From the IMG/VR virus record IMGVR_UViG_3300042975_000098: DNA of 64,000 bases; one strand, written 5' to 3'. Of the stretch, positions 28,774-38,861 are shown piece by piece. Within the stretch, counting starts at the first letter, position 1. Every line of letters starts with the position of its first letter. The notes below the pieces were generated by a model that was not told the DNA's origin, ran no database searches, and worked only from the letters and a program-made list of their open reading frames with translations. A program made the translations under genes and the position numbers. The stretch is from a virus.

Positions 28774-29427
28774 TTGCTGAGGGCATATAGGAACCTTGAC
28801 ATGCGGCCCAGCGGCATCGATGGGTTGGGCCGTCTGACGTCCGTCGACGTCGCGGCGATGACCGGCTGGCTGGCCGCGCATGGGGTTCCTGCCTCGGAGA
28901 CCAACCTCGACCTCGCCGCAGCAAGATCGAACCGATCGGCGTGCTATGGCATCATCGTGGTCGTCCGCAACGGGGAGCTTCCGACGCCGGATGTTGAACG
29001 CTCCAACGATTCCATCGCGGGGTTCCTCATCGGCCACTCCGCGTCCCCGGCCGATCGCAACGCGCTGGCGGTGTTCCGCCCGGTCAGTTCATCCGCCAGG
29101 CTCTTCGATTCCATGACCATGATCATCACGGGGAACAAGACGCTATCCATCGTCGACGCCATCGCCAACCTCTCACGGTACAATGACTCCTCCATGACCG
29201 CGTTCCTGCTGCGCAAGCTGCAGAGTTCATGGTATGGTCACCGGCCCGTGGTCATCGCCCATGACGGCTACCGCATCGACGGCGGCGTGGGAAAACAGAT
29301 GGTCAAGTTCGGGTTCCACGTGTACGGGGCCGGGACCTTCGACGCGCTGGCGGCCCCCGTGAAACGGCAGGGCCCCTGCGCGGCGCTCATGGCGTTCAGG
29401 GTACATGATTCCAGGGAGGGCGTATGA
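28774..29427 (+). CDS. Hypothetical protein
   Basis: 217-aa ORF coupled to the next gene; start uncertain. Confidence 0.6.
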   Translation: MLRAYRNLDMRPSGIDGLGRLTSVDVAAMTGWLAAHGVPASETNLDLAAARSNRSACYGIIVVVRNGELPTPDVERSNDSIAGFLIGHSASPADRNALAVFRPVSSSARLFDSMTMIITGNKTLSIVDAIANLSRYNDSSMTAFLLRKLQSSWYGHRPVVIAHDGYRIDGGVGKQMVKFGFHVYGAGTFDALAAPVKRQGPCAALMAFRVHDSREGV

Positions 29428-29975
29428 TACAGTCACTGCTCGATCGCGTGCGATCGATAATAGCCGACGACAAGGGGCTGGTGGGCTCGATCATCGCCAT
29501 CGTCGTGCTGGCGGCCGTGAGCGTCGCCGTCGACATGCTCGCGCCCGAGACCACGTGGTTCCATTACCTGCGCGCCGTACTCGCTCTAGCGCTGTCGGCC
29601 CCGTTGTTCGTCGGCGGGTACTTCCTTGCCGATAAGCAGCATCAAGCCAACGTTCGCAAGGCCGATGAGGACGGCGACGTGTACATCCCCTTCAAGTCCC
29701 GTTACCTCCCATCGCAGCGGCAGAACCAGTCGATCGTGGTGGTGGGCGTGATGCTCGCCATAATCATCGTGAGCAGTTTCACCGCGTTGTACACCGTGGG
29801 CGCCGCCGTCGTGCTGGCGACGTCGTATGCGATGGTGGCCTATTGCTCGCTGAGCGACGAGGAGCGTGAGCTCAAGGACATCGGCGTCGATGACCGCTCG
29901 GCGGGCGAGTTCGTGAAATCGATGGATGACGATGAGGATGCCGAGGATGGCGAATCGTCGCCCGACCATCGTTAG
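29424..29975 (+). CDS. Hypothetical membrane protein (4 TM)
   Basis: Four hydrophobic helices and an acidic tail. Confidence 0.7.
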   Translation: MIQSLLDRVRSIIADDKGLVGSIIAIVVLAAVSVAVDMLAPETTWFHYLRAVLALALSAPLFVGGYFLADKQHQANVRKADEDGDVYIPFKSRYLPSQRQNQSIVVVGVMLAIIIVSSFTALYTVGAAVVLATSYAMVAYCSLSDEERELKDIGVDDRSAGEFVKSMDDDEDAEDGESSPDHR

Positions 29976-30010
29976 ATGATTCGGTGAAGAGCGATCGATT
30001 GGAGCACGTA

Positions 30011-30913
30011 ATGTCAGCGATGAAACAACAATATGGCGTGAATGCGGATGGTTCGGTGAGCCGTTGCCGTGCCAAGCCGGGGAACATGGGAAGGTTCGGC
30101 TGTACTCATGGGTCGCATTGCCTGTTGAGCGCCGCCGAGGCGGCCCGGATCAACGAGGTGTCCGCCGGCAAGCGCGCGGACACCTCGCCGTTGAACAAGA
30201 AGCGCGTTGGGGTTCTCGATGCCAGGATCAGCGGAGTGGACGCTGATTCGCTGTACTCGGGAGCAGTCAAACGGCTGGACGTCCCGCGCGACCAGACCGT
30301 GGTGCCGCCCGAGCGTCTGACCGCTCCGGACACGGTGCGCGGCGACGAGGAGAAGGAGATCGACTGGGTGATGAGCAAGTCGGCCGATCTCATCGGACAG
30401 CCGCTCGCCGATTCCGAACGCGACACGCTCGTCGGCTCGTTGCGCAGGTACGCCATCGAGTCGAAGTCGAGGTCGGTGTCGCCGGCGGAGGAACACGAGT
30501 TGAGAACGGTTCTCATGGAGCCGGGTGATGCTTCCAACGAGTCGGTGGGCAAACTCATGGGGCATGAGCCATCGAGGAAACGATACGCGGACTACCTGGT
30601 CGACAGCGGCAAGGTCGATGATGCGGGCGTGAAGACCCTGTGGTCGGAATCGCCTGACCGTTGCCTTGACGCGCATCGCGTTCCTGCCCGGTATGTGAAT
30701 GAGACCATAGGCGCGGACCCCGCGTCCACGCCGGCGGCGCGCCTATCCAAGGCGTTGAGCCATTACGGAGCCGAGCCGGGCAAGGTCAGCGCTGCGCTGG
30801 CGGTCGTTCGCAAGCGCACCGCCGACAGGGAGCTTCCGCCGTCATATCTCGCGGAATGCGAGTGGGCTGTGTCGCTGAACCCCGATGACAAGGTGCGCGA
30901 CGCCATCAAGTGA
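30011..30913 (+). CDS. Hypothetical protein with N-terminal C-C-H-H motif
   Basis: YGVNADGSVSRCRAKPGNMGRFGCTHGSH; GGAG SD before ATG 30011. Confidence 0.7.
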   Translation: MSAMKQQYGVNADGSVSRCRAKPGNMGRFGCTHGSHCLLSAAEAARINEVSAGKRADTSPLNKKRVGVLDARISGVDADSLYSGAVKRLDVPRDQTVVPPERLTAPDTVRGDEEKEIDWVMSKSADLIGQPLADSERDTLVGSLRRYAIESKSRSVSPAEEHELRTVLMEPGDASNESVGKLMGHEPSRKRYADYLVDSGKVDDAGVKTLWSESPDRCLDAHRVPARYVNETIGADPASTPAARLSKALSHYGAEPGKVSAALAVVRKRTADRELPPSYLAECEWAVSLNPDDKVRDAIK

Positions 30914-30983
30914 ACGACGTCAACGCCAGTTGGTGCCCCGGTCGACCGTAGATCGACCGGGGCACCACGGTATAATGGGCGGC

Positions 30984-32367
30984 ATGGGCAGAAACTCAGT
31001 GACTTGGAAATGCTCGTCCTGCGGGTACTCATCGGTGATGAAGTTCATGGTGTGTCCGTCGTGCGGCTCGGCGCACACGGCGACCGCGGAGGGAGGGGCC
31101 GCCGATGGCCCCGATGCGGGCATGCGAATACGGACGAAGCCAGACGCCGGGTACGTGAGCACGACCACGGCGGCCACGGTCAAATCAATAGCGCGCACCC
31201 GATCGCCTCGCGTGCCGAGCGGTCTCACCGAGTTCGATCGACTGCTGGATGGCGGCTTCGTGGATGGGCAGGTGGTGCTGATCGGCGCGGCGCCGGGGTT
31301 CGGCAAGTCGACGCTCGCCATCGAGATACTTGAATCGCTGGCCGAGCGCGGCGAATCATGCCTGTACGCGTCCGGTGAGGAATCGCAGGAGCAGTTGGCC
31401 GAACGCGCCGTCCGCGTCGGCTCCGTGAACGGCAATGTGAGGATACTGTCCACATCGGTGGTCGAGGATGTCCTCCACCACGCCGATGCCCTGGACGCCG
31501 GGTACGTGGTGGTCGACTCGCTCCAGACGATGGCGTCGGCGGCGGTCGACGGCCTGATCGGCGGCGTGGCGCAGTCGAAGGAGTCGGCGATGGCGTTCAC
31601 CCGGTACGCGAAGGCGAATCACGTCGTGTTCATCCTGGTGTCGCAGTTCACGAAGAACGACGAGGTGGCGGGGAGCAATCAGATCGCCCATATCGTGGAC
31701 ACCGTGCTGATCGGCGATTCCGATGAAGAGACCCGCCTGAAGTTCCTCCGGTCGGAGAAGAACCGGTATGGCCGTACCGGCGAGACCGCCATCTTCGTCC
31801 ACGAGTCCGATGGCATCAAATCCGTGGACGACCCGTCCGAGTACCTGATGGGCGACATGTCCGACCCGGTTCCCGGCGCCGCGCGAACATGCGTGAGCGA
31901 TGGCTCGCGCATGCTTCCGATCGAGTTCGACGCGCTCGTCGTCGACGCCGCATACGGTTCCCCGCAGCGCCAGTTCAACGGGTTCAACCCCTCACGTGGC
32001 AAGATACTCGTGGCCGCGCTCACGAAGTACGTCCGCGAGTTGAAGCTCGGCGAGCGCGACGTGTTCGTGAACGCTCTCGCCGGCGTGCGCGCGGTCGACC
32101 CGAACGCCGACCTCGGCGTGGCGGCGGCGGTGGCGTCATCGGCTTTGGATCAGGCTCCGCGCTCGCGCACCATGTGGGTCGGCGAGGTGACGCTCACAGG
32201 GCATGGTGGTGGGCCGTGGTCTCATCGAGAGCAAGGCGCGCGAGGCGATGCGATTGGGGTTCGAGCGCATCGTGATCCCCAAGTCGGCGATGTCGCCGGC
32301 GCTGGGCTCCCTCGGCATCGAGGTGCGCCCCATCTCCCGGCTGTCCGACATCACGACCGTGCTGTGA
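30984..32367 (+). CDS. radA: DNA repair protein RadA/Sms; +1 frameshift at 32199-32201
   Basis: CSSC...CPSC zinc finger, GAAPGFGKST, YASGEES, VVDSLQT, KNRYG and Lon-like C-terminus. After GEVTLTG the +1 frame continues MVVGRGLIESKAREAMRLGFERIVIP to TGA 32367. Confidence 0.92.
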
Positions 32368-32389
32368 GCGCGACCGGTATAATGCCGAT

Positions 32390-32839
32390 ATGGTTGACAG
32401 CAATGACGGGACCGTGTACAGCGGCATCAAGATCGAGCTTCCGAGCTTCCCGGAGAGCAGGGGCGACGGGTACGTCCCGGAGAGGATCGTCGACCCGCAC
32501 GGCGATTACCAGGACATCATCGCGGTGAACAAGGCCATCGACGGCGTGCGCATCCGGTTGTTCAAGGTGAATGCGCTGCTCAAGCACGTCGAGCGCAAGG
32601 CCATCGAGGCGCAGGCCGCCTACGACCGCATGTTCAACAGGGCGTTTCTCGACGCCGAGGGGCGGACGGCGGAGATGAAGCGCTGTATCGCCCAGATTCA
32701 GACGGAACCCGAGCAGAACAAGGTCCTCGTCGCGCAGCAGATGGCGAAGGAGCTTTCACGGCAGTCACGGCAGATGTCCATGGAACTGGAGGCGCTGAAA
32801 ACCGTGTCCTATAACATCAGGAAGGTGAGTGACCTATGA
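32390..32839 (+). CDS. Hypothetical helical protein, possibly a UvsY-like recombination mediator
   Basis: 149 aa with coiled-coil character and a leaderless start after GGTATAAT. The resemblance is weak and by eye. Confidence 0.6.
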   Translation: MVDSNDGTVYSGIKIELPSFPESRGDGYVPERIVDPHGDYQDIIAVNKAIDGVRIRLFKVNALLKHVERKAIEAQAAYDRMFNRAFLDAEGRTAEMKRCIAQIQTEPEQNKVLVAQQMAKELSRQSRQMSMELEALKTVSYNIRKVSDL

Positions 32840-34353
32840 TGAAACGAAGAATAGCGCTCGGCGGCATCATCGCCGCCATGGTCGCATGCGTGATCGCCAC
32901 CATATGGTTCTCATGGTCGGCGTGGTCCGACTACCGCAGGCTTGTGGCGACGGCCAAGCCCACGAGCCGTTACTCGACCGCCTACCAGGCGAAGGACTTC
33001 CCCGGCATGTCCTACCCGAAGGCGCTCACCGATTCGATCGGCGGCGGCTGGAGGAACACCGGGGCCAAGAGCACGTCCATGATACCCGATTCATGCGTCG
33101 TGGTGCCCGACGCCGCGTCCATGCTCGTCCAGCAGACGTTCTCGTCCACGGCGGGCAAGCTGACCATACAGGTGTACGGCGCCGGTCAGGCCCGCAGACA
33201 GTACGATCAGTACGTGAACTCGCTGTCCAACTGCTACGCGGGGATGAAGGTCGATGGACAGACTACCATGTACCCCGACGGCATGCTGACCACCGCGGGC
33301 GACGTCATCGTGTCGTACACGGGCTCGGACGCCGGGCTGACGTCCAGGCTCCCCGGAGTGGTCCGCGACAGGCTGTCGGACTCCGGGTGCGTGGCGCTTG
33401 ACGAGCAGTCGGGCGACGCGACCAGATCGTTCTACTATGATGACAGGACCTACACGGGTCTCATCCAGCGGGAGACCGTCTCCATAGCGCCCACGTACGT
33501 CGACGAGGCGTCCCCGCAGTCGCTGGCGGACGCCGGCGGTCATCTGGAGGCGGTGTTCAAGGACCCGACCATCCAGTCGGTGTCGAAGCCCGAATCGCCG
33601 ACGCCCGGCGGCATGAAGACGTCGCTGCCGTCGGCGCCGTCGCAACCCACGTTGACGTCGGCGCCCACGAAGCCGTCGGCATCGAAGGTGATCTCATACC
33701 AGGTGGTGGACGCGAAGGGACCAGGATGCGGGTGGTCGTGGTCCGGCCAGTCGACGCCGAGGTTCGACTCGAAGCGGCTTGGCGCGAACAGCCGGACGCT
33801 AAGGGAGAACGCGAGGAACGACCTGCGAACCGCCGTGGCTTCGTACAATCAGCAGGCCGCGGCCTGGTCGGCGAACACGACGCTGGCGATGTCGTTCGCG
33901 ACGTCATGGGACTCCTACGTGTCGGACGTGAACGCCGTGTACGCGGCGTGGAACGACCTGAACGGCAAGCGCGACGCGTTCAAGCCGACGTGGGATGCCT
34001 ACATCGCCGAGTACACGGCATGGAAGCAGTGGGATGGCAAGCGAACTGACGCGGCGAACCAGTACGCGTCAGACCTTCAGAAGTGCGAGGCCGCGAAGAC
34101 CGGCTCGGCCACTCCGTCCCCGGACCCCTCGTCATCGGCATCGCCGACGGCCGGTGATGACACGCCGACGGGTTCGCCATCGGCGTCGCCGTCGCCGTCG
34201 CCGACCGCCACCGATGATGACAAGGCCAAGGCCGACTGCGCCGGGACGGTTGCGCGCCCGGCGATACTCGACCAGCAGAAACCGTCGAAGCCGGACCGGC
34301 CGCCCCTGCCATCCGGGATGACCATACCGGATTCGTGGACGCAGGATGACTGA
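32836..34353 (+). CDS. Hypothetical membrane-anchored extracellular protein
   Basis: N-terminal TM, several Cys, Trp-rich helical segment and Pro/Ser/Thr linkers. Confidence 0.75.
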   Translation: MMKRRIALGGIIAAMVACVIATIWFSWSAWSDYRRLVATAKPTSRYSTAYQAKDFPGMSYPKALTDSIGGGWRNTGAKSTSMIPDSCVVVPDAASMLVQQTFSSTAGKLTIQVYGAGQARRQYDQYVNSLSNCYAGMKVDGQTTMYPDGMLTTAGDVIVSYTGSDAGLTSRLPGVVRDRLSDSGCVALDEQSGDATRSFYYDDRTYTGLIQRETVSIAPTYVDEASPQSLADAGGHLEAVFKDPTIQSVSKPESPTPGGMKTSLPSAPSQPTLTSAPTKPSASKVISYQVVDAKGPGCGWSWSGQSTPRFDSKRLGANSRTLRENARNDLRTAVASYNQQAAAWSANTTLAMSFATSWDSYVSDVNAVYAAWNDLNGKRDAFKPTWDAYIAEYTAWKQWDGKRTDAANQYASDLQKCEAAKTGSATPSPDPSSSASPTAGDDTPTGSPSASPSPSPTATDDDKAKADCAGTVARPAILDQQKPSKPDRPPLPSGMTIPDSWTQDD

Positions 34354-34415
34354 TCTGCCGGTTTGGTGGTATAATGTTGGTGAAGTCAATGACATGTTGT
34401 AGGAAAGGTTAAATA

Positions 34416-34988
34416 ATGGCACAGGCAAGCATGCAGGAGATCATCTACGGTGGCGTATCGTTCATCGGCGAGCCCCGCAAGTTCAACACCACGAACCGCG
34501 AGGGCAGGGAGGTGACGCGCACTGCTGTGAACATCAGCATCGCCGTCGCCCGCCGCCAGTTGAACCGCGACACCAACCAGTGGGAGGACACCGATAAGTT
34601 CTACGTGGACTGCTCGCTGTTCGACCGTCTCGCCGATAACGCGCTCGCTTCTCTTCACCTCGGTGACCGCGTGTTCGGCGTCGGCCGTCGCCAGTACAAG
34701 AAGCCGTGGACCGATAAGAACGGCGTGGAGCATAAGAACGACACGCAGGTGGTCCTCGACTACCTCGGTCCCGATCTGAACATGTGGCCATGGCAGGTGA
34801 ACCGTCCCGACCGCGCAGCCGGCTCCTCAAGCGCGCCGGCGAGCCGCCCGGCCCCAGCCAAGCGTCAGGCCACGGCCAAGGCACCGGCCGCGAAGACGCC
34901 GGTGACGAGCGCGCCCGCGGATGACCCGTTCGGCGATCTGGACATCGGCAAGGAGTTCGAGGCCGGCTCCGACCCTTGGGGCGACTGA
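34416..34988 (+). CDS. ssb: Single-stranded DNA-binding protein
   Basis: NRDTNQWEDTDKFYVDCSLFDRLADNALASLHLGDRV...LGPDL is an actinobacterial SSB pattern; acidic tail; AGGAAAGG SD. Confidence 0.92.
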   Translation: MAQASMQEIIYGGVSFIGEPRKFNTTNREGREVTRTAVNISIAVARRQLNRDTNQWEDTDKFYVDCSLFDRLADNALASLHLGDRVFGVGRRQYKKPWTDKNGVEHKNDTQVVLDYLGPDLNMWPWQVNRPDRAAGSSSAPASRPAPAKRQATAKAPAAKTPVTSAPADDPFGDLDIGKEFEAGSDPWGD

Positions 34989-35013
34989 TTTTAATAGCGG
35001 TCTTGGTGACTCT

Positions 35014-35046
35014 GAAGGTGGGCGTGGGAATCCGCGCCCGCTTTCG
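35014..35046 (+). terminator. Stem-loop after ssb
   Basis: GAAGGTGGGCGTGG-GAAT-CCGCGCCCGCTTTC hairpin with G-U pairs. Confidence 0.6.
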
Positions 35047-35069
35047 TATATGGAAGGTATAATGCTGAC

Positions 35070-35870
35070 ATGGATAGAATCAACCCCTTCAACGGGAGAA
35101 CACCAGAGCAGGAAAACCGCCGTGCCGCGGACGATGAGTGGAAAAACCTCATCTCGGGACAGCCGTCGCCGGAGGAGACGCGACGAGCCGACCGCATCCG
35201 ACGACGGAGGACCGCGATCGGCATCACCATCGCCATCGTGGCGGTGCTCGCACTGTCTGTTGGCATGTTCCTCGCCGTGCGCGTTACGCTCAACCGTAAA
35301 CTTGACTATAACCAGCGTCAGTCGACGTCCACGTCGGCGCCGGCCTCGCCCACGGTGAAGCCGAACAAGGCGTCGCCGAACGGATCGTTCTCGAACCCGG
35401 CTGCGGCGGCGGACGGTATCGGCAATGCCCCCACCGGCGACGTCGGCGTCTCGTTCGACCTGTCGACCATGAAGTTCGTCAACCCGGACAAGACGTCGAG
35501 CGCGGTGTCGTTCCCGTTGTTCGAGTCGATGAAGGTGGTGTCCGAGCCGTGCGTGCTGAAGAGCGCCGCGGCGACATGCTACGTCGGCGTCGGCAAGGTG
35601 GGTTCGGCCGACGTGTCCGTGTACGCGTTCAGGAACGCGAAGACGTCCTCGCTGCTGTACTCGTCGGAGGCGAGCTCCAGCGTACCCAGCAATGGAGCCG
35701 CGTTCGCCTACACGCAGAAGGTGTCCGCGAATGGCAAGAGCCAGAACGGTCTGTTCATCGTGTTGAAGAACCAGAACGGCGTGCTGCTCACATCTTCGGA
35801 CGGGTCGGCGTTGTCATCGATCGCCAGCGATTCCGGCAAGCACTTCATGGTAACTGAGTCAGCGCAATGA
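35070..35870 (+). CDS. Hypothetical single-TM protein
   Basis: RRRR plus TM, then a Ser/Thr-rich extracellular part; leaderless start after GGTATAAT. Confidence 0.7.
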   Translation: MDRINPFNGRTPEQENRRAADDEWKNLISGQPSPEETRRADRIRRRRTAIGITIAIVAVLALSVGMFLAVRVTLNRKLDYNQRQSTSTSAPASPTVKPNKASPNGSFSNPAAAADGIGNAPTGDVGVSFDLSTMKFVNPDKTSSAVSFPLFESMKVVSEPCVLKSAAATCYVGVGKVGSADVSVYAFRNAKTSSLLYSSEASSSVPSNGAAFAYTQKVSANGKSQNGLFIVLKNQNGVLLTSSDGSALSSIASDSGKHFMVTESAQ

Positions 35871-36853
35871 CGGCGATTCTCACCAAGGATGGTCTGGAGC
35901 TTGATGACCCGGAGGTCATCGAGAAGATCGCCAAGTCGAAGATGTCGCCGTCAACGGTGTCGGGGCTGCTCCAGTGCCCGGCCCGGTTCATCGCCGCCAA
36001 GTACGTGGTCAAGGATCTCATTCCGCAGGACCCGCTCGGCGCCAACGTCCTCGGCACCACCTTCCACAAGGTCATGGAGTACTACTTCATGCTGCCGAAG
36101 GACAAGCGAACCACGCAGACGCTCCGCATGGCGCTCGCCAAGACCCTGCGCGATGACGAGTTCGCGCTGGTAAGGGATGACGATCAGGCCGTGGAGCGCG
36201 TGAAGGACATGGTTCGCGGCTTCTACCGGCTGAACACGCACCCGGAGACCGTGGACGTGGCCACCATCAAGAACGACTGGGGGTATGACAAGCGAGGGCT
36301 GGAACTGTACGTACAGGCCGACCTCGAGGATGGCATGCGCCCGGTCATGGGGTTCATCGACCGGTTGCGCGTCGGCGAGCGCGGGCTTATCATCGATGAC
36401 TGGAAGACCGGCGCCAAGGTGAAGGACTACGATCCGTCCTCACGGTTCCCCGATTTCGATTACGTTCGCCAGCAGACGTTGTACACGATGATTCTCGAGA
36501 AGATGGGCCATGAGGTGGAGTCCGCCAATCTCATATACCCTGTGGCGCGATGGTCGGATGGTTCCGGCGAGCATACCGGCAAGGTCACGTCGCTGCCGGT
36601 CCATGACAAGAAGATACGGTCCAAGGCGCTTGATGATGCCCGCAAGGCGAGCATGATGCTTGACTCGTCCGTGGAGAACAATCGTTACGAGTGCTCTCCG
36701 AGTCCGTTGTGCTCGTGGTGCCCGTTGGTGAACGTGTGCCCCGCGTCGTTGAAGATCAACAAGGAGAACGCCGTCGAATCGCGGGCGAAGCAGCCGGCGC
36801 CGGATGTGTTCTCCGGCCGGGTGACGTGGAGAAGCACGAAACCGGTCGAGTAG
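35867..36853 (+). CDS. RecB/Cas4-like PD-(D/E)xK exonuclease with four-Cys cluster
   Basis: SPS...CPARF, GTTFHKVME, GFIDRL, IIDDWKTG, QQTLY and CSWC...CP. Confidence 0.88.
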   Translation: MTAILTKDGLELDDPEVIEKIAKSKMSPSTVSGLLQCPARFIAAKYVVKDLIPQDPLGANVLGTTFHKVMEYYFMLPKDKRTTQTLRMALAKTLRDDEFALVRDDDQAVERVKDMVRGFYRLNTHPETVDVATIKNDWGYDKRGLELYVQADLEDGMRPVMGFIDRLRVGERGLIIDDWKTGAKVKDYDPSSRFPDFDYVRQQTLYTMILEKMGHEVESANLIYPVARWSDGSGEHTGKVTSLPVHDKKIRSKALDDARKASMMLDSSVENNRYECSPSPLCSWCPLVNVCPASLKINKENAVESRAKQPAPDVFSGRVTWRSTKPVE

Positions 36854-36899
36854 GGTACCATGGGGTGTCGGATGATGGAATCGCAGGAGGAGTCGTAAC

Positions 36900-38438
36900 G
36901 TGGCAATGAAAATAGAGGAGATGGCGCAGGAGGGGCTGGTATCCACGCTTCTCTACCTCCCCGAGAACGTCAAGGACGTGATGGGATTCCTTGGCGAGGA
37001 CGAGTTCAGCAATGGTCGGATGAAGACCATATACCATGCGGTGCTTGAACTCAGCAAGTCCAATCAGCCTATAACGTACGCCTCCGTGGTGTCCTGGCTT
37101 GACCTGAACGGCCGTCTGCAACCGGCCGGCGGGCCGGAGGAGCTTCGACGACTGTTCGGCGATGGAGCGATGAACGGCAGCGTACACACCATCGAGTACT
37201 GGGCGCGCATCGTCAAGGAGGCCGCGCTGAAGGAGCAGACGGGCGAGATTCTCGACAAGGCCAAGAAGGACTTGGCTAAGCCGGGCGTGCGGACGAAAAC
37301 CATCATCGGCAATGTCCAATCGGACTCTAATGACGTACTCATGCGCATCAGCGACAACGCCGATATCGTCGATCTGAAGGATTATTACCCCGAGTACTTC
37401 GACGAGATCAAGGAACGTCGCAGGATATACCAGGAATCGGGTGGCAATCCATTGGCGGCGAACCACGGCATACCATCCGGATTCCCCACCATCGACAAGA
37501 TCGTCGGCGGTTGGAAGCCCGGGCAATACATCACCGTGGCTGGAAGGACATCCGTGGGCAAGTCGTTCACCGTCTCCAACTTCCTCATCGCCGCCTGCGC
37601 CGACAACAAGTCGGTGCTCTTCTTCTCCGCAGAGATGCCGAAGAACGAGATCGTCGATCGTCTGCTCGCCGCCATTTCCAATGTGAAATATGCTCATGTC
37701 CAGAAGGGGAACCTCACTGACGAGGACATGGAGCACCTGTCGGCGGCGCACGAGACGTTCGATAAGATGAAAATAAAAATCGACTGCACTCCCGGTATGG
37801 ACATGAACCACATCAAGGCTGAGTCCATGAAGGCGGCCACCTCGGATAATGGTCTGGATATGGTCATCATCGATTATCTTCAGCTCATCACACCCGATAA
37901 CCCGCGCGACCAGCGCGAGCAGCAGGTGGCGAAGATATCATGGAGCATCAAGATGCTTGCGGCATCCCTGAAGATTCCGGTCATCTCCGTGTGCCAGCTT
38001 AACCGAATCAAGAAGGATGACGAGGACCCGACTCCCCGTATCGATGACATTCGCGAGAGTGGTCGTATTGCGCAGGATTCCGCGGTCATCATCCTCATCG
38101 ACAGGGACATTACGAACACTGACCCACACACACCGACAACATTCATCATCGGTAAGAATAGGAACGGCAAGACCGGAATACGCTTCAAATGCCATACGCT
38201 CCTGTCATACGGCAAGTTCAAGGAGATGAACGAAACCGGAGACATGTTCGACGAAGACGGTGAACCCAAGCAGATGGAAGATACCGGGAGCGCTGGCGAC
38301 AACGCCGACAAGCGGCCCGGCGTCACATCTGGATCGTCAACCGATGATGACAAGTACGCGCCCACGGACCCTGATAAGATGGATGCGTGGCTGGGCAGCG
38401 AATCATCGCCGTCCGACTTCGACAAGTTCGACTTTTAG
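36900..38438 (+). CDS. dnaB: Replicative DNA helicase
   Basis: GIPSGFPTID, AGRTSVGKS, FFSAEM, IIDYLQL, QLNR, IRESGRIAQD and KNRNG. Confidence 0.95.
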   Translation: MAMKIEEMAQEGLVSTLLYLPENVKDVMGFLGEDEFSNGRMKTIYHAVLELSKSNQPITYASVVSWLDLNGRLQPAGGPEELRRLFGDGAMNGSVHTIEYWARIVKEAALKEQTGEILDKAKKDLAKPGVRTKTIIGNVQSDSNDVLMRISDNADIVDLKDYYPEYFDEIKERRRIYQESGGNPLAANHGIPSGFPTIDKIVGGWKPGQYITVAGRTSVGKSFTVSNFLIAACADNKSVLFFSAEMPKNEIVDRLLAAISNVKYAHVQKGNLTDEDMEHLSAAHETFDKMKIKIDCTPGMDMNHIKAESMKAATSDNGLDMVIIDYLQLITPDNPRDQREQQVAKISWSIKMLAASLKIPVISVCQLNRIKKDDEDPTPRIDDIRESGRIAQDSAVIILIDRDITNTDPHTPTTFIIGKNRNGKTGIRFKCHTLLSYGKFKEMNETGDMFDEDGEPKQMEDTGSAGDNADKRPGVTSGSSTDDDKYAPTDPDKMDAWLGSESSPSDFDKFDF

Positions 38439-38447
38439 GAGGATCGC

Positions 38448-38861
38448 ATGAGAAGGAGCACGCCGCGAAGCGCACGACCGGATGCGGCCGGCGCGCGCGG
38501 GCTATTCGGTGACGCTACGCCATCGGCCGACGTCGCCGCCAAGGCGTTCGTGGGACGCTTCCAATCAACCGACGCGTATGGCACGATGGTCGGGTCGTAC
38601 GCCGGGGCTTCGGGTGATTACGATATCGTGAACCACAAGATAGAAGCCGCATACCACCGGTTCGTCATCGTTCTCGGATGGCCGATGGATAAGTTCTTCA
38701 AGGTGCTGGCGAACGTGCTGACTCTCAAGATGGACGTCAGCCGTTACTCGTTCGGGCTTCTTGGAAGGAAATATGATGCCGGGCGCTTATCGAACGGCCC
38801 GCTTGAGGACATGGACATGAGGGATTACCACTACATCATAGGAGACCGACCATGCCGCTGA
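38448..38861 (+). CDS. Hypothetical protein
   Basis: AGGAGG SD; in an operon between dnaB and the ATPase. Confidence 0.65.
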   Translation: MRRSTPRSARPDAAGARGLFGDATPSADVAAKAFVGRFQSTDAYGTMVGSYAGASGDYDIVNHKIEAAYHRFVIVLGWPMDKFFKVLANVLTLKMDVSRYSFGLLGRKYDAGRLSNGPLEDMDMRDYHYIIGDRPCR

